A stretch of 63,160 nt of DNA, filler included, from Circinaria calcarea (taxonomy: Eukaryota): NCBI GenBank assembly GCA_051942165.1. It is 3 parts of 3 records of this genome, joined end to end, with 100 filler letters (N's around TTAATTAATTAA, not from the genome) between each part and the next. Parts side by side here need not be neighbours in the genome. Positions count along the whole stretch, not along the records: positions 1 to 21,035 come from JAVECS010000152.1; positions 21,136 to 42,113 come from JAVECS010000154.1; 1 more part is not named here. One strand, written 5' to 3'. A program made the position numbers and the translations under genes. This document shows positions 12,320 through 22,835 of the stretch, piece after piece. Each line of letters opens with the position of its first letter. The first letter of the stretch is position 1. Below the pieces are notes generated by a model. The model was given only the letters and a program-made list of their open reading frames with translations, did no database searches and was not told where the DNA came from.

Positions 12320-13730
12320 AATGGTTCGTCCCCCGCTCTTTCTGTAGAAGGTCCGAGGGATCCCGTGATAAGTCCCCCCCCCGTTATCTGAAAAGGCGAT
12401 GCCCTTACCGCCGCGTCGGTTCAATAGGCTCCCGATTAAATATAATATTATTACCATAAAAATTCCGTTCCGAAAACCACCTAATGGCGAACCCCCTATT
12501 CTATTATTCGATTTCGTCGGTATTCCAGCCGTTAATATCAACTTTATGCTCATCCGTTACGCCTTCGCCGGTATTATCGGATATAATTTCGTTTCTGATT
12601 TCGATTATCCGGGGGTGTAATACCCTATTTCTCTTTAATTTTGCTTTCCTCTTATGCATATTAACGACTCATTAGTTATCCCGAGCTTTAATATAGGCCT
12701 CGAATTCGCTCGGTATTATCATGATTAGCTGGGCTAATATTAGTTTCTGAGTGGTTAGCTGGCTCTCTTCCATAAAACTAATTAAAATATCCGCCTCCTC
12801 TTCTCGGAATCTTGTACGCCTCACACTTAGAGCATTCTCATTAGCCAAGTGGTCTGACATCATTCGGCCCTGGAAATCTTTCGAAGTGATTGCTCGGTTT
12901 GTGCGGATGATTTCTTCCTGATGCCATCCTTCAATCTGGGACGAGCATGTCAGGGGAATTTCCAGATATTCCAGGACTGCATTGCAGTGGCAGTCGAGAA
13001 CGATGAGGCCATTTCGCACCCAGACAGGAGCCTTCGTCCCCACGTTCTGTGGAGTTCTCATGTATTGAAAAACAAGCGGAGGGCGTGACGATCGGTCGCT
13101 TCCCCAGTGTTCCTACCATTGGTCAGTGTTTGAAGTTCGGGTAAGCCAGTATCAACTTTCAAGCAGGTACCTACTTGTTCCTTGTGAAAAGCGGTCACAT
13201 CGTCTGGATGTCCACCTTTCTCACTTTCATGAGCTACCCTCTGTTAGTCTGCTTTATACGAATGCTCGGAAGACGAAGAAGCAAACCACATACTGTATTA
13301 CCCTTGCTAATTTCCCTCGGCAATCAACTCCTGACGGATTGCTTCATAGTAGACTGTCGTCTCTGGATAACAATCAGTAATGCGCACGACAAACAAACAA
13401 ACAAACAAACAAACAAACAAAGATTTGATGGAAACATACTCCGTCTTTGGGTCCTTCCATTGCAAGCGGCCATGACTATCAAGTCTTGTTTGGCCGACCT
13501 TACGTGTTCGAGCAGGCTCTGCCCGGCTACGACCACCAGCCGTGCTGTAGGCTGGACGTCGGTCAGCATCCTAACACAGATATAAGACCGAAGGATCAAT
13601 CAACCGGAGGTAGTATTCGTGGTCAAAGTTTGACCTGGTCGAGGCATAATTGGGACTAGTCCTGGCATCGCCTGTATGGCTTCATGATGAGCGCCCCTCG
13701 TTCCATGTTGACATCGACCACCGGGTGCAA
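12320..13730 (-). pseudogene. Array copy P6: paralogue with internal deletion and AT-enriched, stop-riddled 3' half
   Basis: KVGQTRLDSHGRLQWKDPKT | TTVYYEAIRQELIAEGN*QG*Y | ... WVRNGLIVLDCHCNAVLEYLEIPLTCSSQIEGWHQEEIIRTNRAITSKDFQGRMM...NALSVRRTRFREEEA, then an abrupt jump at ~12790 into an acidic ...GWNTDEIE**...EPTRR* segment. Confidence 0.8.
13389..13421 (+). repeat. (AAAC)n microsatellite, about 8 units, inside an intron of copy P6
   Basis: acaaacaaacaaacaaacaaacaaacaaacaaa read directly. Confidence 0.95.
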
Positions 13731-14269
13731 CGACTACATCGTGCTGAGAGTTCTGCACTCTATACATTACTGATCTATATCTGTTTGATCAAGTCTGTAT
13801 CGTAATGACTTTGAATGCTTTGGTTGTGGTGGAGATTCTCAGAATATGGGGGTGATGTTGGGGGGTGGAAAGTGTGTCGGGGGTGACGGAGGTTAAGAAG
13901 GAAAAAGACAAGGTGGATGAAGGAAATGGTGTTAACTACCGACACCATTCCACGGCACAAAAGTACAGCGTTATATTGAAGAAAGGGGTACTCGAGCTTA
14001 CGGGTCTAAGTCTAGACACTGCCAAATAGTCCACTATAACGCCTCGCTTAGGGTGCTCCAGCTTTGAGGGCGGTAATCTAGTCTCCATACTGACGGATAA
14101 AGACCTTCCATGAGCGGTTGAAGCCTACGGCTTCTCCCAGAAGTCCGCTGGAAGCAACTGTGTAGGGTTAATCGGTGACAGCTTGCTTTCTGGGATAAAT
14201 CCTTTCCACGCTTTGTTGTACTCTGCGAGTCGAAAGCGCCATACAGGCGGGATGGTCAGAATCCTGAAA

Positions 14270-14430
14270 GTTTCCCTTTTCAAGAGCGATATGTCCTTCA
14301 ATCCTGTTTTGTGAGGTCCCTGAAACCTTTTGAGATATTCGCTTCCAAACATGACGCCGGATAGATGTTCACCATATGTCGCCGAATCGTATCGTTTCCA
14401 GATCTGGTATGCTAGGAAAGGTATCCAGAT
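14270..14430 (-). pseudogene. Array fragment P7: ~150-bp core-domain piece most similar to P3
   Basis: DTIRRHMVNIYPASCLEANISKGFRDLTK vs P3 DTIRRFMVELYPASCLESNCSKGFRDLTK; DNA alignable with 8548-8696 (shared caagagcgatatg, gtgaggtccctgaaaccttt, gacgccggataga). Confidence 0.9.
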
Positions 14431-16311
14431 GATATTTCCAATAGGTCAACAGGATCTGTAAAGAGAAAACCTGCTTTATGACAGAAATACAAAGCTTGAC
14501 CCCTCAAACTCGACTACGCATTCACCAGAGGAAAAACCTGCTATCGCCACTTCACGGCTATATTCTCATATATATATAAAGAGGAAGTCTCAAGCAGCTG
14601 GGATTCCTGTGATGGGAACTACGACTATATGCCACAGGATCACTGGTGGATTATGCATACACGCTTCACGAGTTACGCATGCATGCTTCACCACCTTGTG
14701 AACACTACTACGCATCCGCTGCTGGATTTAGTCTCGGCCCGTGGGCCATATGCATCGCTCGGGAGTGCGGATTAAATAGTATAACTGCTGCACGTTTCCC
14801 TTTAATCTCACCATACAAGCCATACAAATTACTCGAAAGCGCGAACCAAACACTGCTATGCATCTACGATAAGGCCAAATCTCGACAGGCTCTAAGCATA
14901 CCTATGACTCCAGGGGTCTGAATCAAACACTGCGTTCAGTTCCAATAGGGCCATATGTATAGCTCCGGAAGCGAGGATCGAATACCAGGTATTACACATC
15001 TGCATCTAGACTCTATTTCGGCATACAACTATTACATCCAGCTCTGGGCGCGAAGATCAAAGCTTGCTACACATCTGTGTTCGGACTCAACCGCGACCAT
15101 ATAAGCCCTACACATGGCTTTGGGAGTGGGCATGTCACAACTACGTTTGCCTTCAATATCCGGCATACGAGCTCTATCTACAGTTTTGGGAGTCGGATGA
15201 GTCTAACATGTTGCTTCTACGCTCTGAGGAATAGCTACATTCGAAATAGGGAGTACTCTCAGCTTGGGAACAACACTCGTTGTGACACAGGTAACGCGAT
15301 TATTGGTGAAGTATTAAAATGACGGCAGCACGGTATGGGGAGACACAGCTTGTTATGTGTAAGCATCAAGGTATTATTCTAAAATCTCCTATATAGCCAT
15401 TTATAAGAGCCGTGAAACAGACCTTCTACCTAATAGGGCTTCAGCCGCATATAAAAAAGCCTACGACATAGCTATTCCGAAACACATCCCCATTCTATCA
15501 ACTCTCTATTACAGCCATATACACTCTAATCATCAAACCGCCTGCACATTCAAACTCCTAATTCGTCATATCTCCCACCAAGACGCACAAACCCGGTTCT
15601 TTGTCGTCTTCGGGGTTTGTATCAAATTTCATTACAAGCAGAGACACTTAAGAATAAATGAGATCATACAGGCTGTTTCCGGGTGGGAAGATCGATGTAC
15701 GCGTTTTACCTGTCGAGATCTCAGGTTATGGTCTAAGGAGCGCCTGATTATTCTAACCTCTCCTTTTCCCTAAGGGTTTTGGGAATGGGGATAGATGATT
15801 GGGGTGTGAGAAAAACGTGATTTGTTATACCGAGTCTAGGGATGACTCTAGGGAGACTTACGACATATGTGTGGTTGTTGTAGCCTACTTTTGTAAAATG
15901 GTGATTAAATTCCGGCGGTACAGCGGCGGCGATGGTGGACTCGGCTGGAATGTTGATTCCATGGGATAGTCTTTTAATACTACGTTTAAACTTAAGGTGT
16001 TAGTTCTGGTTGGACTTTGTAGTTCTATCTTACCAAACCTATGTGCAAAAATAATGCTATTGTAAAACCAAGGTGCTTAATATACAAATGACCTATAACC
16101 TTCCAGGATAATGTCTTCACAGCCTCGACCTCGAGGGTTTTCACTCCATGGCGACATTTATCATACGATCGTTTACACTGTAGTTTGCAGTATGAAAGAT
16201 TACGCACGATTTTTCATCAAGGGGAGTTACTGCACCTGGCCAGAAATTCGAGTATAAGCCTGTCTGCGAGGACCATAACATTCTACCCTCCATCTAAAGG
16301 AAACCCCATCT

Positions 16312-17969
16312 CTACCCTCCCAACTTCACGTCCTCGATCAGATTCCGAACCTCCTCCGCCACCTGAACCGGCACATCCGTATTCCACTCAATACCGGCGG
16401 AGCTCGTAATCCTCCGCACGCGCACATGTGGCCACCGGGTGCGAATCAGCAGAAGCTCTCCTCTCGCGATTGACGCCCTCTCTAACTCCTTGTATTGGTC
16501 GAAGTAACTGGCGGTGGGGTCCGTCGGCGGGGCGACTTCGTGGAGCCTCTGCTGATATTCTTGCCGAGTGGGGTGGAGGAGATGCGTGATCAGAGCGATG
16601 TGCTCTTGGGAAACGGGGACGCGGCATAGGATTCCCGCCCAGGTCATGTCTTGGCTGGCGTCGATCAGGTCATCGCCAGTCCATAGCGTTTCCTCCACGG
16701 CGTCGCTGTCTGCTTCCTCATCGGCATCGGGCATGACTTCGTCGACTTCGTCGGGGTCAATCTCGCCCACGCTGAATTCGTCATCGTCGGTGATGCTGGG
16801 CTCATCCTCGTCATCCTCAAGCACGCTCTCGTCCATGCCGTCGATGCTTCCGTCAACACTGCTCTCGGAATCTTCCCGGTTTTCACGGTCGGCGATAACG
16901 AAATTGCGCCGGCTACTAAGCAAGAGACCATCACCAGTATGATCTGAACTGATGGGACCTTGTCGAGCTCCTCTGAGGCGAGCAACGTTGCTTGAGCGTG
17001 CAGCTTACTGAGCCTGTCTGACATCGTCGGCAAGTCTTCGAGGACCTGCTCGCTCCATGTAGCTCCCATCATTGACCGTCCTGATCTCCTCGACCTCTAG
17101 GTTTGTAAGGTCTCGGAAGCACTCGGTGTAATTTGCCTTGATGTATTGAGCTGGGAGGAGGTTGTCAATGTACACGTTGATGTTCTGGCTGCCCTCTTTT
17201 TGCTTCCATGAGATACAGCAGGCTTCGACTCTGTACCTTCGCATTCTGGCGCTTAGGGCATTCCACTTGGCTTGATCCTTCGGCATCCGCGCAGCAAAGT
17301 CTTGCAGCTTGATCTTCGGGTGCTGCCGCATCATGGCCTCCATGTAACAGCCTTCTAGCTGAGAGGAAAGGACCACTGGGATGTTCGTATAATTACGAAC
17401 AGGCGTACCGTCGAGGTCAAGGATGACTCTTCCGTGCGAATCACACCAGATGCCAGCTTCGTATGTCAGCTTGTCCGTTGGTCCCTTCTTGTACTGGAAC
17501 AGGATCCTTGGGCGATGCTTCCGACTTAGGCCCCACAGCTTCTGTGTGTTGGGTTAGTGGTGTCTTATGGTTTTGACCGAGACGATTACCTGGTCCTGGT
17601 GAAACGCGGTGGCATCGTGCTCTAGAGTGCCCCTGCTGCGCTTGAATTCTACTCGGCTTATTAGCAAATTCTGTCTGGCAAACAAGGTGGATGAAGGCTA
17701 TACTGTATGTGCCTATCTTGTTGGCAGCTGCCAGAAGCTCCTCCCTGATGTCATTGTGGTACACAGCAGGTCCTGTATGATGTTAGCATGATAGACGTTG
17801 AGATATGATTGTATTACTGACGCCAGATGCTGTGTTGTCCGTCGAACCATTCCAAGGCCTCATCTGTCAGACGCACACCCTCCCCTACCAGTACTGTTAG
17901 TGTGCAAGTTATGATATGTTGTTAGTGCAATGGAATGGATTAAATACCTTGAACCGTGTTGGCATCCAT
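16312..17969 (-). pseudogene. Array copy P8: full-length paralogue (5 exons) with one in-frame TAA at 17005-17007; possibly functional if the stop is spliced out or is an error
   Basis: MDANTVQ-VLVGEGVRLTDEALEWFDGQHSIW-RPAVYHNDIREELLAAANKIGTY-KFKRSRG...HQDQ-KLWGLSRKHRPRILFQY...GRVILDLDGTPVRNYTNIPVVLSSQLEGCYMEAMMR...FRDLT; ORFs 17005-17376 and 16312-16923 are in the same frame. Confidence 0.8.
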
Positions 17970-19426
17970 CTCGGTTTGGGGAGAAGAATAGGTCGTCTTA
18001 GGATTTGGTCCGTTGGTTACGGAACGGCGACACAGGTTCTAGTAAATCGCTGTCAACAACTGAGAACAAAAGGCAAACTGCGATTTTCAAGTCTAAGAAG
18101 CTAAGGCTTCGTTCCTATGTAGTGCAGTAAATGACCTGATGAACCAGTGATCTCTTGTGCAGAGTTGCGAAGAGAAATGCTTTTAGAGCTTTCAAGACTT
18201 TAAGTAGGTGTTGTGGGATCATTCGCTAAGTGGAGTGAATATGGCGACTAACCTCAGAGGAGCAAAGCAGTGGCGAGGGCCACGGACCGATACATTCATT
18301 GGCAGGGACTCATCTGACGAGCCCATGGCTGTGGCTTCATTCTCGTGGTCTCACTTTTTAGTGTTTCTCTTAGAGCTATAGATAACCGTCGCAAGATAGA
18401 AGTCTGTTACTTTAAGCATCCCGTTAGTCATGACCGATAGAAAGTTTAAATAATGAGTATTAAAGCCAAGCGGACCAAAGAAAGGTGCAGCTCTAACAGG
18501 TCCTTGGAATTCTGGAATCCTGGGGAGGATTTAACTGACACGAAAGCCCCAAAACTTACAATAGACAGAGCTCCACACCCAACCAAGAGCTGCCAAAAGT
18601 CCGTCCGTCCCACCTTTCGAGGCCTTCCCGGGGGCGGTCTACATTGCAGTCAGCCTTCAATTCGCTTTGATGGAGATTTTGCCGCCATCGATCAGAAAGA
18701 CCACTCACCCTTCCATGTCCCCATTCTCAAGTTGGATCTCCATTGGCAGCTAATGGAAGGAGGTAGTTAATCCTAGGTACCGTTACAAATTAGAGGAGCT
18801 TAGTACTTAGAAGCATGACGACCACATGCATCTAGAAACTACCTAATGTCAACACTTATTAGAACTACTCTTTGCTTTAAGAAAAGATAGCAAAACAAAT
18901 GCCAAGGACTTGGTTGGTGCAAGAAGTATCGAGATATCAGGCATATAAGTCGAGGATATTATGCATAAACTGATTTTTTCTTTCTCTAGCTGTCCAATCC
19001 GCGAAAGAACAAGGCATGGCTATGGAAAAACGCAAGATGTTGAACAACGTACCTATTTCTTTTCTCATATATATTACCATTCCTAGCAGATCCCTGATAT
19101 ATATATGACCATGATGCACCTCGCCCTGAAACATCTTGCGCTACACGGCTATATAGCTAATGTTGTAAGTTAGAGAAGACCTTGGGATTCTCAGGAACTT
19201 AAAAGGTTGGTGATGATGGCTGCTGTGAAGTTGACTAGATAGTCGTCATCCAATCGCTTACTCCCGCATCTACATACTATGGTATGGTATCCTAGCACCC
19301 CGGCGAAATGGGATATCCCAGTTCCGTCGATACCTTTGTCATTGGGCCTGGATCACACTCCTGATGACATAGTCGAATACATATTTGTCTTTCTTGCACA
19401 GATAGTATACACATCAGGGGAGCTAC

Positions 19427-21035
19427 ATGAGTCTACCATCCATTTGGAGCAGCCCTCCTTCAAACTACCGCGAGCTTGTCGATCTGTATGAGAAGCAATT
19501 CCACGCAGCAGTTGCGAGAGGGGAGCATGTTCCTTGGGTGCAGCCATACCGGTCATTTGGCGTTTATGCTGTGATATTCTACTTACTACTTCCTCCCTCT
19601 AAATCAAGATTGCTCTACTATGCAAGATATCCAATTTTTGCTTTTCTCGTGTACTGGTGCGTTATAGCGATCATAGAATGCAGAAGTCCCGCCGTTGCGA
19701 TCAGTTATGGCTTAGGTCTGATGAATACATGGGGTATATTGTGGCTTGCCTCTCTTGTCATTTTCAATGATGGACGTAATGTGTTTCGGAGGATCGAGAG
19801 GCAAGGAATTGTGCAGGCGGATATTGCAACCGAGAACAAGTCGCTGCCGCATAAAGAAGACTATCCTCAGAATGGGGTACCAAAGGGGCAGCAACTTCGT
19901 GCCCGGGCCCGCGCCAGTGCCAAACCGGCGTCAACCAAAGCCTCCAATGTCTTAACTCAAGGTAATGTTGGTAAGACTGAGGAGGATGGTGCCACTTCCC
20001 ACTATGCTTGGCAATACCTCCCTCACAAATTCTCAAACCGGATTGACTGGGTCTACGACCTCGTAACCAATTTTCGCGGTACCGGCTGGTCCCACCAAAT
20101 TACCTCGATCCCGGCTCCACCACCATCTGTGCTGCAAGACATTGAGTCCACCGAGTTCCCTGCAAAGTCTTCACCTGTAAGTTCCACCGGAAATGTCCGC
20201 TATTGCGAACCTATTTCCCTCCTCCGCCATAGGCTCATGGCTGTTATCCTTGGCTATCTAGCCATCGACGCTATAAAGATAATCATGATGCTGGACCCTT
20301 ACTTCTGGGGCCTTACTTCCTCCGCTCCACCCAACTATCTCCCCACCGTTATTACGTCCTCCGCAGTTCTTACACGCACCTACCGTCTGCTCTTATCCCT
20401 CGCCGGAACCTACACAGCCTTAAACTCCATCTTCTCCCTCGGGCCCGTCGCCTTCGTCGGCATCGTCGGTCCACGTATCCTCGGTGTACGGGCAGAAGCA
20501 TGGCAGTACCCGGACACGTACGGGAGTTACAGGACCGTCTTCACAAAGGGATTAGCCGGATGGTGGGGCGGATGGTGGCACCAAACATTCCGGTTCGGCT
20601 TCGAAGCACCTACGAAATGGTTATGTCAGAAACTCGGTTGGGACCATCGCAGTACGAAAGGCAAAACCCTGGGTATGCTCATCGCATTCGGTTGCAGTGG
20701 CTGCCTTCACACCTGCGCAAGCTACACCATGTGGCCCCCGACCCACCCCATAAAAGGTCCACTCGCGTTCTTCTGGCTGCAGCCTGTCGGAATCATCAGC
20801 CAAATGCTCCTAGCCGGCTGGATGAAGAAGCTCGGAATCCGGAACAGACTCCCCACATGGGTCCGGGGACTTGGCAACTTCATCTTTGTGCATGTCTGGA
20901 TGTATTACACAGCTCCATTGCTAATGGACGACTTTGCGGCCGGTGGGATATGGCTGTATGAACCGGTGCCGGTTAGTCTGTTGCGGGGGTTAGGGTTCGG
21001 GTTAGAGGGGCAAGGGTGGTGGTGCTGGCATGGGA
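19427..21035 (+). CDS. Membrane-bound O-acyltransferase (MBOAT_2 / wax-synthase / Tri7-like), 3' end lost in the gap
   Basis: Long intronless multi-TM ORF with FRGxGW, GWWGGWWHQTFRF and AFxxSGxLH (catalytic His) motifs. Confidence 0.85.
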
Positions 21036-21135
21036 NNNNNNNNNNNNNNNNNNNNNNNNNNNNNNNNNNNNNNNNNNNNTTAATTAATTAANNNNNNNNN
21101 NNNNNNNNNNNNNNNNNNNNNNNNNNNNNNNNNNN
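21036..21135. other. Artificial scaffold linker (N44-TTAATTAATTAA-N44)
   Basis: Exactly 100 bp, with a 12-mer placing stop codons in all six frames; identical to the linker at 42114. Confidence 0.95.
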
Positions 21136-21585
21136 ATATAAATATATAAATATTTTATATAGGAAATTATTTATTCCGTTATATTCTATTATATTCTAAT
21201 AATTAATTATAATAATATTTGGTTTCTTTAATTTTATTCACCGAGGTAGTTATTTTCATTTTAATTCGTGGTTAATATGGAGTATATAGGGTGCTCCGTT
21301 ATACTCTTAAGGTATAGGCTGTAAGGGTGCTAGGATAGGCTAGACTGGTATAAGGGATAGAGTCACTCCGTAGTGCACGATTACTGAAGCGTAGTTGAAC
21401 TGTTACTTCATTAACTGCTATAAGCATGCTATTCTAAAGAGAGCCGAATAGCCTGCCTATATAGTACTGGTGCTCCCACCTGATCCCTACGCTCCCTGGG
21501 ATCACTGGGAGCCACCGGGAGCATAGCACGTGACGTGCTCCCACTGCTCCTGCCAAGGCTCGGGAGCACCTGGAGCACCCGGCCT
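21136..21585. mobile_element. Probable degraded transposon end: AT-rich (RIP-like) tract followed by clustered GGAGC/GCTCC subterminal-type repeats
   Basis: 21136-21300 is very AT/TpA-rich at a contig edge; 21469-21580 has eight GGAGC/GCTCC motifs in both orientations, including the palindrome AGCACGT-G-ACGTGCT; no transposase ORF visible. Confidence 0.4.
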
Positions 21586-21877
21586 CAAGTCATCCCGTCC
21601 CGAGCCCTTGCCTCCTGTGGCTTAGCGTATGACATGGTGCTGGCGCCATAACATAGGCAAAGACGCTGTCGAGAATAGGTGACGGGGGCCTAAATAGTGA
21701 AGAATGGGAGGGTATATGGCACGAACTGGCTGCTATAGTATAATGCATATATAAGGGATGTGGGACGGTGTGTTTAAGTCCTTCATACCTGCCTACCCAT
21801 TCCATATACGCGCCCAGTTACTAATCACCTTGGTTCCACCACATTAACCATAATATTACTCGTTGCATAGTCTCGAG

Positions 21878-22521
21878 ATGTCCTCGGATAATTTATTTAA
21901 GCTAATGTAAGTGGACCGTTCTAGTATGGATAACGTATTTTCTGATTGTTTTAGGTGGCTTGCTAGCCAGCCTGTTTGCCTTCGGGTCGGCACATCAAGC
22001 TTTACAGCACATCAAGCATTACTGCTCGAGAGAAAGCCGGGTCATACTTCGAAGCAGTCTTGACAAAACCATATTCTATCGAAGCGGCGACCCAAACTAT
22101 AGAGCTCTCGCCAGACAATCCGGAGGCATTTCAACACGTCTTATACTGGATCTATTTTGACACGCTTGCACTCCCCAACCAGAACTTGGAAGAGATTCAG
22201 CTCCAGACACTGGCGGAAATATGGGTGTGGGCAGACCACCTTCTTATGAAGGAGCTACGGGATAGCATAGTGCCAATCGTTCACGAGTGTCTGCTTTTCG
22301 GACGCTGTATAGATAGGCCCATGCCCCTAGAGGAGATGAGCAAGGCTTGGAAAATTGTCAATTATAACGACCGGTTCTTGCAGGTTTTCCTAGACTACCT
22401 GGACACACTGCTAGCAAACGAAATGCTGGCGGTTCTCAAAAACATAGATCCAGAAATACAAATGCTAAAAACCCATTTCGCTGTGCGATGGTTTGAGCGC
22501 ACCAAATATATAAGGTTCTAA
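21878..22521 (+). pseudogene. BTB/POZ-domain protein with a 2-nt frameshift (pseudogene or assembly error)
   Basis: ATG 21878, intron 21907-21954, then VCLRVGTSSFTAHQALLLE; the frame shifts in ctcGAGAGAaag (~22028) to KAGSYFEAVL...EAATQTIELSPDNPEAFQHVLYWIY...LAEIWVWADHLLMKELRD, typical fungal BTB motifs. Confidence 0.75.
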
Positions 22522-22835
22522 TAATATGATTAACGGAGTTATTCGTTTTGGTTGGAAGTAAATCCTTATTTTCTTTTTAGCGCTACATAGCTAATAGTGT
22601 AAATTACAAGGGCCGTTGAAAGCAGAGAGATAATTTAAAAAAGTTAAATTTAAAGGATGCGTTTTTAATAGAATGAATGCATTTGGTGCAGAATTCCACT
22701 TAGCCCTCGGGGGAATCGATTATCAGGATAAAATAAAAGGCTGAGCTCAACATAGTGGTGTTAGATTGAATATCAAAATGGTGTTTATTTTACTTCAAGG
22801 CCAGAGTACCCAAGTTCGGGCCCCAAAGATAAATA

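Noticed and set aside
12191..12553. 120-aa ORF initially read as a foreign insertion or TE splitting a single gene
   Set aside because: The RxxRFRE motif occurs on both sides (12820 and 12085), so these are two different copies; the tract reads better in another frame as the degraded 3' half of P6.
14450..16300. Intervals within and after the array (also 18100-19200) checked for further family copies
   Set aside because: I could not find the family motifs by eye; a tBLASTN or HMM scan is needed before excluding more relics.
21080..21091. TTAATTAATTAA palindrome inside N-runs (also at 42158-42169)
   Set aside because: Synthetic six-frame-stop linker added during scaffolding; not biological. 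Adjacency across these gaps is also uncertain.
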